64,000 bases of DNA from Bacteroidales bacterium (GTDB taxonomy: Bacteria; Bacteroidota; Bacteroidia; Bacteroidales; Bacteroidaceae), in contig SUXO01000003.1 in the NCBI GenBank assembly GCA_015060885.1, forward strand, positions 25,592 to 89,591, in the 5' to 3' direction. The notes below the pieces were generated by a model, which was given only the letters and a program-made list of their open reading frames with translations, was not told the origin of the DNA and did not search any database. Both the position numbers and the translations under genes were made by a program. Shown here piece by piece: positions 37,722 to 48,620 of this stretch. Every line of letters starts with the position of its first letter. Within the stretch, counting starts at the first letter, position 1.

Positions 37722-40244
37722 TTACTCGTTTATGACGGTAAATTTGAGCTTGTCGTTATCGCCATCCTTGTCGACAAGAATTCTGTCATTCGGCTTCAAG
37801 GAGTTGCACAGCAACAGTTCCGATATTTCGTCCTCCACGTATGTTTGCAGGGCACGTTTCAAGGGGCGTGCTCCGAACTGTATGTCGTATCCCTTCTCGG
37901 CAAGGTGTTTTTTTGCATCGGCAGTGAGCTCTATGGTGTATCCCAGCTCGTTTACGCGTTTTACAATCTGTTCGAGTTCCAGGTCCACAATGTTCACAAT
38001 GGCATCGAGCCCAAGCTGGTCGAAGTTTATTATTTCGTCGATGCGGTTTATGAATTCGGGCGCGAAACGCTTGTTCAGGGCCTTCTGTATCACGCTGCGT
38101 GAGTACTCCTTGTTGCCCTCGCGTTCACTCTTTGTAAATCCCACACCTGCACCAAAGTCTTTCAGTTCGCGTGTTCCCACGTTCGATGTCATAATGAGCA
38201 CGGTGTTACGGAAATCGACTGTGCGGCCGTAGCTGTCGGTGAGACGGCCTTCGTCCATTACCTGCAAGAGGAGGTTGAATACATCGGTATGTGCCTTCTC
38301 AATCTCGTCGAGGAGTACAATGGAGTAGGGGCGGCGGCGCACCCGTTCGGTGAGCTGTCCTCCCTCTTCGTATCCTACATATCCCGGAGGTGCTCCCACA
38401 AGGCGCGAAACTGTGAATTTCTCCATGTACTCGCTCATATCGACGCGTATGAGTGCGTCGGCCGAGCCGAACATAAACTTTGCGAGTTCCTTTGCAAGCA
38501 GTGTCTTGCCCACTCCCGTGGGGCCCAGGAACATAAATGTGCCTATTGGCTTGTTGGGGTTCTGCAAGCCCACACGGCTGCGCTGTATCGCTTTGGTGAG
38601 CTTTTCTATTGCGTTGTCCTGTGCCACAACCTTTGATTGCAGCTCCTCTTTCATCCCGCGCAGGCGTTCCCACTCGTTCTGCTGCATACGTTGGACCGGT
38701 ATGCCCGATATCATCGATACCACTCTTGCAACATCCTCCTCGTTCACCGTCTGGCGGTTTTCCGAAAGGGTTTTTTCCCACTCGGCTTTCATTCTGGCAA
38801 GCTCTTCTTGCAGTCTTTTTTCTGTGTCGCGGAAACCGGCTGCACTCTCAAAGTCCTGACGCTTGACAGCGTCGTTCTTGTTGTTTGTGGTTATCTTTAT
38901 TACAACCTCTTGGTCCTCAATTTCTTTGGGAACTTTTATGTTGCTTATGTGTGTGCGTGCTCCCACTTCGTCCATAGCGTCTATGGCCTTGTCGGGGAAA
39001 CAGCGGTCGGTTATGTAACGGTCTGTCAATTTGACACAGGCGAGCAGGGCATCGTCGGTGTATGTCACGTTGTGGTGGCTCTCGTAACGCTCCTTTATGT
39101 TTTGGAGAATGGTAAGGGTGTCTTCGGCCGATGTGGGCTCTACAAGCACCTTCTGGAAACGGCGTTCCAACGCGCCGTCCTTTTCAATGCTCTTGCGGTA
39201 CTCGTCAATGGTGGTGGCACCCACACACTGTATTTCGCCACGTGCAAGTGCGGGTTTCAGTATGTTGGCTGCGTCCATTGAGCCTGGTGAAGAGCCGGCA
39301 CCCACAATGGTGTGTATCTCGTCGATAAAGAGTATTATATTGGGGTTCTTTTCGAGCTCGTCCATAATGGAGCGCAGACGTTCTTCGAACTGACCACGAT
39401 ATTTTGTGCCGGCCACAACGGCTGTCATATCGAGTGCCACAATGCGCTTGTCGAACAGTATGCGCGAGGTCTTGCGCTCTACAATACGTTGTGCAAGCCC
39501 CTCGACAATGGCCGACTTTCCAACTCCGGGCTCTCCAATGAGTATTGGGTTGTTTTTCTTGCGGCGGCTCAATATCTGTGAAATGCGCTCAATCTCCTTC
39601 TCGCGCCCTACAACGGGGTCGAGCCGTCCCTCGGCTGCTGCTTTTGTCATATCCATACCGAAGTTGTCGAGCACGGGGGTGTCGTTCGACGACTTCGCCT
39701 GCCGGGTGCCGGTGGCGGTTCTCTCGTTGCCCGAACTATATCTATTTGGAGCTTCGTCCTCTTCGTTCTCATCGTCCTCTTCGGTAAAACCGAACCCGTC
39801 CTGCACTCCCGGCTTTACACTCTTTATTGTTTCAAGCACGCGCGAGTATGTGACATCGTTTGCCTCCAATATGTCGGCGGCAAGGTTGTTGCCCTCTTTC
39901 AGTATGCCCAGCAATATATGTTCGGCATCGGGGTTAGTCTTCAAAGCACGTGCCTCCAAAGTTCCGAAACGCAGAATCCGTGCAGTGTTCAAGCTCAGTT
40001 CCACGTTGTCTTCATAAGGCTGTTCGGTATAGTTGTATGCAGCAGTGCGACGCTCGATGCACTCTTTAATGTACTTTACATCGACATCCAGCCTGCCAAG
40101 TATCTCCATCGCTGTGCTCTCTTCTGCACGTATGATTCCAAGCAGAAGGTGTTCGGGGTTTATGCTCTTGCATCGCAGACGGCAAGCCTCTTCCTTGCTC
40201 AACGATATTATTTCAGACATTCTTTGCGAAAATTCATTATTCAT
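37722..40244 (-). CDS. clpC: ClpC-type AAA+ Clp protease ATP-binding subunit
   Basis: It has Clp_N repeats, two Walker A sites ([18 protein letters not shown]) and a UVR-like segment ([17 protein letters not shown]). It is 840 aa long. Confidence 0.85.
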   Translation of the reverse strand: MNNEFSQRMSEIISLSKEEACRLRCKSINPEHLLLGIIRAEESTAMEILGRLDVDVKYIKECIERRTAAYNYTEQPYEDNVELSLNTARILRFGTLEARALKTNPDAEHILLGILKEGNNLAADILEANDVTYSRVLETIKSVKPGVQDGFGFTEEDDENEEDEAPNRYSSGNERTATGTRQAKSSNDTPVLDNFGMDMTKAAAEGRLDPVVGREKEIERISQILSRRKKNNPILIGEPGVGKSAIVEGLAQRIVERKTSRILFDKRIVALDMTAVVAGTKYRGQFEERLRSIMDELEKNPNIILFIDEIHTIVGAGSSPGSMDAANILKPALARGEIQCVGATTIDEYRKSIEKDGALERRFQKVLVEPTSAEDTLTILQNIKERYESHHNVTYTDDALLACVKLTDRYITDRCFPDKAIDAMDEVGARTHISNIKVPKEIEDQEVVIKITTNNKNDAVKRQDFESAAGFRDTEKRLQEELARMKAEWEKTLSENRQTVNEEDVARVVSMISGIPVQRMQQNEWERLRGMKEELQSKVVAQDNAIEKLTKAIQRSRVGLQNPNKPIGTFMFLGPTGVGKTLLAKELAKFMFGSADALIRVDMSEYMEKFTVSRLVGAPPGYVGYEEGGQLTERVRRRPYSIVLLDEIEKAHTDVFNLLLQVMDEGRLTDSYGRTVDFRNTVLIMTSNVGTRELKDFGAGVGFTKSEREGNKEYSRSVIQKALNKRFAPEFINRIDEIINFDQLGLDAIVNIVDLELEQIVKRVNELGYTIELTADAKKHLAEKGYDIQFGARPLKRALQTYVEDEISELLLCNSLKPNDRILVDKDGDNDKLKFTVINE

Positions 40245-40320
40245 ACTTCTTTCTCCTCATCAATTCTGGTGAATATTCGTTTCCATTCTTCTCAATGTAC
40301 AACATCTTGTGTTCCGTTTG

Positions 40321-40328
40321 CGAAGATA
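40321..40328 (-). promoter_or_regulatory. -7 box TATCTTCG for clpC
   Basis: 77 nt upstream of the ATG at 40244. Confidence 0.45.
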
Positions 40329-40513
40329 CAACCCGAATCCATTTCACCAATAAAATTTTTACATAAGAAATCTTACAAAAAGTGTGCCAAAGTATTAAAA
40401 ATCTATAATTGTCTTGTGTTTCATTGAATTGTTTTTCAAATCAAGAGAAGCCGGAAAACTCGGTTTTTGATTATAAAAAACAGAAATTTAGTGATAATGT
40501 TAATTTTTGTATA

Positions 40514-40521
40514 TATCTTCG
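40514..40521 (+). promoter_or_regulatory. -7 box TATCTTCG for the C10 peptidase gene
   Basis: 35 nt upstream of the ATG at 40556. Confidence 0.5.
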
Positions 40522-40555
40522 CAATGCCATCTTTATAAATCAACAACAGAATATT

Positions 40556-43171
40556 ATGAGAAAACTTCTACTTTTATTGTCACTCTTTATAGTAGCCGAT
40601 GTTATGGCCGGTCCGGTCGGTTACGAGGCAGCAAAGAAAATTGCCGAAGAGTTTGCAATCAAAAAGAATGGTGCGAAGAAAAGTCTGAAATACAAGACTT
40701 CGTTGCCCAAGCGAGCCAATGGTACAGCCGCTGATGCAACTCCACCCGCATACTATATATTCGATGTCGAGGATAACGGCGGCTTTGTTGTCGTGTCGGG
40801 TGATGATTTGTTGAAACCTCTCCTTGCCTACACCGAAAGCGGCTCATTCAGCCCCGACAGTGTGAACCCTGCCGTGCAATGGTGGTTGGGTGTAGTGGAA
40901 GAGAATGTTGCGGCGGTGCGTGCTTCGCAGCAATCTCCTGCCCCAACAAGAGCAGCCGGCAATGCAGGTGCGGTAGGGCCGCTCCTTACTACAAAATGGA
41001 ATCAGCGTTATCCCTATAATCTCTTGTGCCCTGTCGATAAAGCACATTCCGGCGAAACTTCTCTAACAGGCTGCGTGGCTACTGCAATGGCTCAAATCCT
41101 GAATTATTACAAATATCCTGAAAAGGCAACAGGTTCAGTCTCTTACGGGACCGGTTACCATAGAATAGCTATCAGCGAAAACCTGGAAAACTATGTTTTT
41201 GACTGGGAAAAGATGTTCGATAGTTATTCCGATTCGACAACCGATGAGGAGATGAATGCGGTGGCCGAGCTTATGTATGTATGCGGTGTGGCAGTGAATG
41301 CCGACTATTGTTACTATGCGACATCGGCATATTCATCGGATTGTGTGAATGCATTGTTAAACAATTTCGGTTATAAGGGAGTGCGCCAGTTGAGCAGAAG
41401 TTCTTTCTCCAATGAGGAGTGGGAGCGTATGGTAATTGATGAATTGAATAATGGCAGGCCGGTCTATTATAGTGGTACAAGTGCGAGTGGGGGGCACGCA
41501 TTTGTGTGCGACGGATATAATGCCGAAGGGCTTTTCCATATAAATTGGGGTTGGGGAGGAAGCAATGACGGTTATTTTGAACTGGCATCTATGGAATATA
41601 GCCGCGGGCAAAGCATTATTTGCGGCATAGACCCTGAAATAAATGAAACCGCCGGATTTATCATCTCCGTTTCTGATTTTGCAGTTCCCACCGTATCGGA
41701 ATTCAAACGTACAAGCATAAATGCTACAATGCGTCATGTAGCCAACAGCTCGGCTGTTAACTTCAAAGGCTATTTCGGAGTGGCTCTTGTAAAGGATGAT
41801 GATATTAAAGCGCAGAGTTTCTTGGGTTGGAGTGCAGACTTGCGGCCGAACTACCATTATAGCAGCTTGTCATTCACACTTGGAGTCCCCGCCGATGTAC
41901 CCGATGGCGAATATAAACTTGTGGGTGTGTATAAAGAGATGGGCAGCGACGAGGTGAAGATAATGCAATCTTCTACCGATAATGGAAATGTGGCCCATCT
42001 TCTTGTCACGCTTGCCGGCGACAAGGCGACAATCTCCATTCCCGCCGGTTCGGAAAACGCAGCGTTGGAAGTTACGGCCATTGAATGTCCCGATGCCATA
42101 AATGCTTCGGGAGATAACGCTGTAACTCTTACGCTCCGAAACAATACATCTGCAAATTTCTTCGGCGAGGTTTACATCAACAGCGCAGATAATTTTACAG
42201 GCGTGTATGTGCCGGCGAATAGCGAAAAGGTATATACCATAAATGTTACCGCATCTGCCGATACATCTCCGTACACCCTCGAAATATACAGTTACAATAC
42301 CGTTGCCGGTGATGTACATATATATACCCACGAAGTGGAGGTGTATGACAATAAACCCGACTTTGAGGCCGACGGCATATATTATACCATTGTAAGCAGT
42401 AAAAGACGTACGGTCGCAGTCACGCATAAAGGCAATTCCTATGATGAATATGCCGATGAGTATACAGGCGATGTGACAATACCATCGGTTGTGACAAATG
42501 CGGGGATAGATTATAAAGTGACAGGCATCGCCGACTATGCATTCAGGGATTGCAGCACGCTTGCGAGTGTGAACATCCCCAACGGCGTAACGGCCATAGG
42601 AAACAATGCTTTCGCTTATTGCTGGCTTACAGAGATAAATATTCCGGAGGGTGTAACGAAAATAGGCGACAGGGCTTTTTTCAAATGTCAGGGGCTGGCT
42701 CGGATAGATATTCCGCAGAGTGTAACCACTATCGGTACAGAAGCATTCTGGAACTGTAACTATCTTAAAAGCATTGAAATTCCCAACGGAGTAGTATCCA
42801 TTGGTGAGCAGGCCTTTGCGTATTGTTATTGGTTGTCCGAGGTCATTGTTTCAAAAACAGTGAAAGAAATCGGTGATGAGGCCTTTATGAATTGTATTCG
42901 TTTGAAAACCGTGTATAACTTCTCCAATATGGTATTTACTGCCGGTTCCACAGAGTATGGTTATATAGCGTACTATGCCGACCTTGTAGTAAACAGCCTC
43001 CCCGGTGATGTCGACGGTGATAGCGTGGTGGATGTTGCCGACGTGACAAAACTCGTTTCCATTATACTTGGCGAACTCTCCGAGGAGTCTGCCGCCGATG
43101 TCGACGGTGATGGTGTGGTCGACGTTGCCGATGTTACTGCGCTGGTGAATATGATATTGAATACCGATTGA
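40556..43171 (+). CDS. Secreted C10 (streptopain/SpeB-like) cysteine peptidase with BspA-type leucine-rich repeats and a C-terminal dockerin-like module
   Basis: I place the start at MRKLLLLLSLFIVADVMA (signal peptide), not the track start at 40409. It has a Spi-type propeptide, the catalytic GCVATAMAQILNYYKYP and GGHAFVCDGY...HINWGWGG, LRR_5-type repeats (IPNGVTAIGNNAFAYC..., IPEGVTKIGDRAFFKC...), and two DVDGDxVVDVADVTxLV segments at the end. Confidence 0.85.
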   Translation: MRKLLLLLSLFIVADVMAGPVGYEAAKKIAEEFAIKKNGAKKSLKYKTSLPKRANGTAADATPPAYYIFDVEDNGGFVVVSGDDLLKPLLAYTESGSFSPDSVNPAVQWWLGVVEENVAAVRASQQSPAPTRAAGNAGAVGPLLTTKWNQRYPYNLLCPVDKAHSGETSLTGCVATAMAQILNYYKYPEKATGSVSYGTGYHRIAISENLENYVFDWEKMFDSYSDSTTDEEMNAVAELMYVCGVAVNADYCYYATSAYSSDCVNALLNNFGYKGVRQLSRSSFSNEEWERMVIDELNNGRPVYYSGTSASGGHAFVCDGYNAEGLFHINWGWGGSNDGYFELASMEYSRGQSIICGIDPEINETAGFIISVSDFAVPTVSEFKRTSINATMRHVANSSAVNFKGYFGVALVKDDDIKAQSFLGWSADLRPNYHYSSLSFTLGVPADVPDGEYKLVGVYKEMGSDEVKIMQSSTDNGNVAHLLVTLAGDKATISIPAGSENAALEVTAIECPDAINASGDNAVTLTLRNNTSANFFGEVYINSADNFTGVYVPANSEKVYTINVTASADTSPYTLEIYSYNTVAGDVHIYTHEVEVYDNKPDFEADGIYYTIVSSKRRTVAVTHKGNSYDEYADEYTGDVTIPSVVTNAGIDYKVTGIADYAFRDCSTLASVNIPNGVTAIGNNAFAYCWLTEINIPEGVTKIGDRAFFKCQGLARIDIPQSVTTIGTEAFWNCNYLKSIEIPNGVVSIGEQAFAYCYWLSEVIVSKTVKEIGDEAFMNCIRLKTVYNFSNMVFTAGSTEYGYIAYYADLVVNSLPGDVDGDSVVDVADVTKLVSIILGELSEESAADVDGDGVVDVADVTALVNMILNTD

Positions 43172-43316
43172 TAATATTGCACATAATGTGTGTTTAGAAT
43201 GGAAAAGTTCCCCAACCATTGACCGGGGAACTTTTCTAATTTTATAAATTCAAACTGTTGCTTAAACAGCTTCTTAAAATATTCCTCTTTTTTTATTGTT
43301 TTCTCAACATTCTTGT

Positions 43317-43565
43317 TATCTTTGCGGTAGTAAACTACCGCGAAAATAGGCTGCGCTCGTTGCGAAATACATTAAAGCAAGCTTTATGTATCTCACTCGC
43401 TTGCACTATCTTTGCGTAAATTGGTTAAGTAAACTACCGCGAAAATAGGCTGCGCTCGTTGCGAAATACATTAAAGCAAGCTTTATGTATCTCACTCGCT
43501 TGCACTATCTTTGCGTAAATTGGATAAGTAAACTACCGCGGAAATAGGCTGCGCTCGTTGCGAAA
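43317..43565 (+). repeat. Tandem direct repeat, 99-bp period, about 2.5 copies, each starting with a TATCTTTG -7 box
   Basis: The boxes are at 43317, 43407 and 43506. Units 2 and 3 are near-identical by eye, unit 1 lacks about 9 nt, and the last unit is truncated at about 43565. Confidence 0.85.
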
Positions 43566-43634
43566 TGCCGGAGTGCTGCCGTTGTTTGCTGTTTTTGATT
43601 GGCAATTGTTGTGCCGACTATTTATTAAGGATAA

Positions 43635-44828
43635 TTGATGAAAAACAATATAATATTATCGTTCCTGTTGCTGTTGTTGCCGTGCGTGGCTATGGCACAA
43701 GGCTCACCTGCGGCGGCTGCATCGCCGCAACAGACAACTTCGGTTCGCGAATTTGTCACAAAGGCAATAGAAAGTTCCATAAACACCAAAACACTCACCT
43801 TGAAGGGTGGGGTGCAGTATACCGGTGAAGTGAAGGGCAAGAAGCCCAACGGCTATGGAAAGGCCGTTTATCCCAATGGCGATACCTATGAGGGCCATTT
43901 CTCACGTGGTATACGTCAAGGGCTCGGTATCTATACATACAGCGACGGTGAACGTTACGAGGGTGCTTTTATCGATGACCGTCAGCACGGGAAGGGCTCT
44001 TTCTACTTTGCCGACGGCAAGGTGTACGACGGTTTCTGGGAGTTTGATTTCCAGCACGGGTATGGCAAGATGACATATCCAAATGGCGATTTCTACGTGG
44101 GCTCTTGGAGCGAGGACCGTCGCGAGGGAACAGGCAACTATTTCTTTGCCAACGGAGCATCCTATTCGGGCGAGTGGAAGGCCGACAGATATAACGGCAC
44201 GGGTACATTCATTTGGAGCGACAACAGCAAATATGTCGGTGGTTGGAAGAACGGCCTGCGCAATGGCGAAGGGCGTTATTTCTATATAAATGGTGATGAA
44301 TACAACGGAGCGTGGCTCAACGACTTGCGCCACGGCAAGGGCACGTATACATTTGCCGACAGCTGCACCTATGTGGGCGATTATGCCAATGGTATGTGGA
44401 ACGGGAAAGGAGTCTTTACCGACACCGACGGCACGGTGTATGACGGCCATTTCGTCGATGGCGAGCGTCACGGGCACGGGCATATGAAATACCCGTCGGG
44501 TGCTGTCTACGAAGGTGAGTGGGCCGACGGCGAACGTTCGGGCAATGGTAAATATACCTGGCCCAACGGCGATGTCTACGAAGGTGAGTGGAGCGAAGAT
44601 ATGATGAACGGGCAGGGCATTCTGCGCCTTGCCGACGGCAGGAAATACCGTGGCGGCTTTCTCAATGGCGAGGAGCACGGCAATGGCGTGGCTGTCGATG
44701 TCGACGGCACCCGTTACGAAGGAACCTTCGAGGAGGGACAACGCCACGGCAAGTTTATCGTAAAGGACACAACCGGCAAGATAATAAGGGAGTGTGTGTA
44801 CAGTTTAGGGACAATAAGCATAAAATAA
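43635..44828 (+). CDS. MORN-repeat protein with signal peptide
   Basis: It has more than 12 tandem YxGxWxxDxxxGxG-type units (for example YEGHFSRGIRQGLG and YEGEWADGERSGNG). Confidence 0.85.
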   Translation: MMKNNIILSFLLLLLPCVAMAQGSPAAAASPQQTTSVREFVTKAIESSINTKTLTLKGGVQYTGEVKGKKPNGYGKAVYPNGDTYEGHFSRGIRQGLGIYTYSDGERYEGAFIDDRQHGKGSFYFADGKVYDGFWEFDFQHGYGKMTYPNGDFYVGSWSEDRREGTGNYFFANGASYSGEWKADRYNGTGTFIWSDNSKYVGGWKNGLRNGEGRYFYINGDEYNGAWLNDLRHGKGTYTFADSCTYVGDYANGMWNGKGVFTDTDGTVYDGHFVDGERHGHGHMKYPSGAVYEGEWADGERSGNGKYTWPNGDVYEGEWSEDMMNGQGILRLADGRKYRGGFLNGEEHGNGVAVDVDGTRYEGTFEEGQRHGKFIVKDTTGKIIRECVYSLGTISIK

Positions 44829-44838
44829 AACAATAATT

Positions 44839-45288
44839 ATGATTCTCGATTCACTTAAAAACTTGAAGAACTACGAGGGGTTGCATCCCAATTTCGCAAA
44901 AGCGATGGATTTCCTGCTCAACAGCGATTTGAAAAATCTTCCCCTCGGCCGTAACGAGATATGTGGCGACGAAGTCTTTGCCAATGTAATGGAGGCGAAA
45001 CAGCGTTCAAAGGAGGAGGTTCCTGTGGAGGTGCACCGCAAGTACATTGATATACAGGTGCCCATTTCGGGTGACGAGGTTATGGGATATACCCCTCTTG
45101 AACAACTGCCTGCCGGCAATTACAGTGAAGCCGACGATGTGACGCTTTACCCCGTGGGGATGCTTGCCGCAAGCTATTTCGAGGTGAAGAACACTATGTT
45201 TACAATATTCTTCCCGCAAGACGGGCACGCGCCTGCCGTTACCCCCGTGCCGGTGAAGAAGGTCATTGTGAAGATTGCAGTGAAGTGA
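44839..45288 (+). CDS. YhcH/YjgK/YiaL family protein
   Basis: MILDSLKNLKNYEGLHPNFAKAMDFL..., HRKYIDIQV and FFPQDGHAP fit the family pattern. It is 149 aa long. Confidence 0.75.
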   Translation: MILDSLKNLKNYEGLHPNFAKAMDFLLNSDLKNLPLGRNEICGDEVFANVMEAKQRSKEEVPVEVHRKYIDIQVPISGDEVMGYTPLEQLPAGNYSEADDVTLYPVGMLAASYFEVKNTMFTIFFPQDGHAPAVTPVPVKKVIVKIAVK

Positions 45289-45340
45289 CCGGCACTGCAC
45301 ACAAATTGCTCTTTATTAAAAACTTATAATACCAATACCT

Positions 45341-47347
45341 ATGTTGAAACTTGTAGAACGCGACGGTTATTTGGCTCCCTTTAACCTGGATATCGATGCA
45401 CGTTATCGTTATTTCCTTAAAAGAGAGAAAGAGTTGACAAAGAACGGCCGACAGACATTGTCGAGCTTCGCTTCGGGTTATTTATACTTCGGCTTGCACC
45501 GCACTGCAACAGGGTGGGTGTTCCGTGAGTGGGCTCCCAACGCTACCCGAATTGTACTGGTGGGCGACTTCTCCAACTGGGAAGAATTGCCCGAATATGA
45601 ATTGAAACAGCTTGCCGGTGGCGTGTGGGAACGCCGTCTGCCCAAGAAGGCTTTGAAACACGGCCAGCACTACAAGATGAAGGTCTACTGGAATGGTGGT
45701 TGTGGAGAACGCATACCCGCTTGGGTGCGCCGTGTTGTTCAGGACGATGCCACAAAGATTTTCAGCGCGCAGGTGTGGGCTCCCGAAGAGGAGTATGTAT
45801 TCAAGAACAAGAAATTCACACCCAAACGCACCCCGCTGCTCATTTATGAGTGCCACGTGGGTATGGCGCAGGAGGAGGAAAAGGTGGGTACATATCGCGA
45901 GTTCAAGGATAATGTGCTTCCTCGCGTAGCTGCCGACGGCTATAACTGCATTCAGATTATGGCCATACAGGAACACCCCTATTATGGCAGTTTCGGCTAT
46001 CACGTGTCGAACTTCTTTGCTCCCTCGTCGCGTTTCGGTACTCCCGAAGAGCTTAAAGAACTCATTGATGCCGCTCACGGAATGGGAATTGCGGTTATTA
46101 TGGACCTTGTCCACTCGCACGCAGTGAAGAACGAGATGGAGGGTTTGGGCTTGCTCGATGGTGACCCTTCACAATATTTCCACGGTGGCGACCGTCGCAT
46201 ACACAATGCCTGGGATTCGCTCTGTTTCAATTATGGCAAGAACGAGGTTGTACACTTCCTCTTGTCGAACTGTAAATATTGGCTCGAAGAATTCAAATTC
46301 GACGGTTTCCGTTTCGATGGTGTTACATCTATGATATATTACAGCCACGGACTGGGCGAGGCTTTTTGCAGCTATGCCGACTACTTCAACGGTCACCAGG
46401 ACGGCGATGCCATTTGTTACCTTACCCTCGCCAACAGGCTCATTCACGAAGTTAACCCCAAGGCGATAACCATCGCCGAAGAGGTTTCGGGAATGCCCGG
46501 TCTGGCTGCCCCCATTGAGGATGGCGGTTACGGCTTCGACTATCGTATGGCAATGAATATCCCCGACTTCTGGATTAAGATTATCAAGGAGCGCAAGGAC
46601 GAGGACTGGAAGCCTTCGGAGATTTATTGGGAACTCACCAACCGTCGCAAGGACGAACGCACGATATCTTATGCCGAGAGCCACGACCAGGCACTTGTGG
46701 GCGATAAAACAATCATCTTCCGTCTTATCGATGCCGATATGTATTGGCATTTCAACCGTGGCGACGAGACTGGCACCGTTACACGCGGTATTGCATTGCA
46801 TAAGATGATTCGTCTTATGACTGCTGCTACCATAAACGGCGGTTACCTTAACTTTATGGGTAATGAGTTCGGTCACCCCGAATGGATAGACTTCCCCCGC
46901 GAGGGTAATGGATGGAGCCACAAGTATGCCCGCCGTCAGTGGAGCCTTGTCGACAACCCTGCCTACAATTACACTCTCTTGGGCAAGTTCGACGAGGAGC
47001 TTATGAAACTTATAGGTGGTGTGAGAAACTTCCAGAACCGTCCGGTACAGGAGGTGTGGCACAACGATGGCGACCAGGTGCTTGCCTTCTCGCGTAAGGA
47101 CTTGATATTTGTCTTCAATTTCAGCCCCACACGCTCGTTTACCGATTATGGCTTGCTGGTGCCCGAAGGCTCATATTCCATTGTGCTCAATACCGACTCG
47201 GAACGCTTCGGCGGCAATGCCCTTGTCGATGAAACGCAGACTCACTTTACACAGTACGATAAGTTGCACGCACGTCGCAAGAAGGGCTGGCTGATGCTTT
47301 ATCTGCCTGCACGCACTGCGCTTGTGCTCAAAAAGAATAAGGAATAA
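45341..47347 (+). CDS. glgB: 1,4-alpha-glucan branching enzyme (GH13, eukaryote-like subfamily)
   Basis: DLVHSH, GFRFDGVTSM, TIAEEVSG and YAESHDQ are present, along with an N-terminal CBM48-like region. Confidence 0.85.
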   Translation: MLKLVERDGYLAPFNLDIDARYRYFLKREKELTKNGRQTLSSFASGYLYFGLHRTATGWVFREWAPNATRIVLVGDFSNWEELPEYELKQLAGGVWERRLPKKALKHGQHYKMKVYWNGGCGERIPAWVRRVVQDDATKIFSAQVWAPEEEYVFKNKKFTPKRTPLLIYECHVGMAQEEEKVGTYREFKDNVLPRVAADGYNCIQIMAIQEHPYYGSFGYHVSNFFAPSSRFGTPEELKELIDAAHGMGIAVIMDLVHSHAVKNEMEGLGLLDGDPSQYFHGGDRRIHNAWDSLCFNYGKNEVVHFLLSNCKYWLEEFKFDGFRFDGVTSMIYYSHGLGEAFCSYADYFNGHQDGDAICYLTLANRLIHEVNPKAITIAEEVSGMPGLAAPIEDGGYGFDYRMAMNIPDFWIKIIKERKDEDWKPSEIYWELTNRRKDERTISYAESHDQALVGDKTIIFRLIDADMYWHFNRGDETGTVTRGIALHKMIRLMTAATINGGYLNFMGNEFGHPEWIDFPREGNGWSHKYARRQWSLVDNPAYNYTLLGKFDEELMKLIGGVRNFQNRPVQEVWHNDGDQVLAFSRKDLIFVFNFSPTRSFTDYGLLVPEGSYSIVLNTDSERFGGNALVDETQTHFTQYDKLHARRKKGWLMLYLPARTALVLKKNKE

Positions 47348-47350
47348 ATT

Positions 47351-48499
47351 ATGAGAAATGCAGGGGAGAGGCGATTGCAGAACTTCATCACACTGTTTTG
47401 TGCTCTGGTTTTTGCACTGTTTGGTTTTACCTTTGTTGCAGTATACAAATCGGCCGAAATAGAGGTTGTCTACGATGCGCTGGCAACCGGCAAACTGCAA
47501 TATAACGGATATGTGCTCTCCGCTGTCTTTACCTCTTTACTGTTGGGGCTGGCATTGTGGTTGAACCGCTTTGCCGGCTTCCGACGTGAGTGGAGTGCTA
47601 TGGCCTATGTGCCGTCGGCACTCCTGCTTGCATTCTTTACCGACATTGACCGTACATTCTTTACCGGCGGCAAGGAGTATGCGGTGTGGGCCTGGGCCTT
47701 TGGAGCCGGGTTGCTGCTATATGCAGGCTTTTCGTTTGTCCTGAACAGAATGCTGTTCGAGAAAATAAAGGACTCCTCGGCGGTTGCCCATAGGATAATA
47801 TGGCGCAATCTCATATTGTTTGTCATAATGTTTATGGCAGTCGGCTGCCTCTCCGGCAGTGAAAGGAATTTCCGTCGCGAGGCCTTGCAATATACTCTCC
47901 TTAAAAATGGTGATATGGAGGCTGCGCTTGCTGTGGGCAGGCATTCTCCTGTTGCATCCCGCCAGTTATCGGCCCAAAGGGCCTATATGCTCTCTTTGAA
48001 GGGAGAACTTGCCGACCACTTTTTCGATTATCCGGTTTGCTTCGATTCCGAGAGCCTTTTGCCTTCGGTGGAGCGCGATGCTCCAATAGAGCCTTGTGCG
48101 GTCTATTCGCATATAGGCATTGAAAGGAAACCGGGTGAGGGGGCTATGGATTTTCTTTCGCGGGCAGTGGAGCAGTGCGATAGCAATGTTGTGGCGAGGG
48201 AGTATTACCTCACGGCGCTGCTCACCGAAAGGCGTTTGGTCGATTTTGTCGATAAGGTGTTTGAATATTACAACGTGGGCGACAGTGACAGGTTGCCTAA
48301 ACATTACAAAGAGGCTCTTGTGCTTTATGCCTTTATTCTGCCATCATTCGATGTCAGGGTGAAGGATGAGGCTATGGTCAAGAGGTTTGATGCTATGATG
48401 GAAGCGGTGCGTGAGTGTGGCGATGCTCCTATGACTGCTTATTTGATGCGTATTGTCTATGGCGATACTTATTGGTGGTATTTCCTCTATGGGGAATAG
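47351..48499 (+). CDS. Hypothetical integral membrane protein
   Basis: It has 5-6 TM helices in the N-terminal half and a soluble C-terminal half. It starts 4 nt after the glgB stop. I recognise no family. Confidence 0.6.
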   Translation: MRNAGERRLQNFITLFCALVFALFGFTFVAVYKSAEIEVVYDALATGKLQYNGYVLSAVFTSLLLGLALWLNRFAGFRREWSAMAYVPSALLLAFFTDIDRTFFTGGKEYAVWAWAFGAGLLLYAGFSFVLNRMLFEKIKDSSAVAHRIIWRNLILFVIMFMAVGCLSGSERNFRREALQYTLLKNGDMEAALAVGRHSPVASRQLSAQRAYMLSLKGELADHFFDYPVCFDSESLLPSVERDAPIEPCAVYSHIGIERKPGEGAMDFLSRAVEQCDSNVVAREYYLTALLTERRLVDFVDKVFEYYNVGDSDRLPKHYKEALVLYAFILPSFDVRVKDEAMVKRFDAMMEAVRECGDAPMTAYLMRIVYGDTYWWYFLYGE

Positions 48500-48620
48500 G
48501 TGGATTTGTGCCTGTTTTTTCGTTGTAAAAAAATAGAGAATTGCCGATTTTATACCCCTCTTTGTTGAGAATGCTTTTTCCCCGTTTTGAAAAAAGAAAA
48601 AACTTGAATATCTTCGCAAT

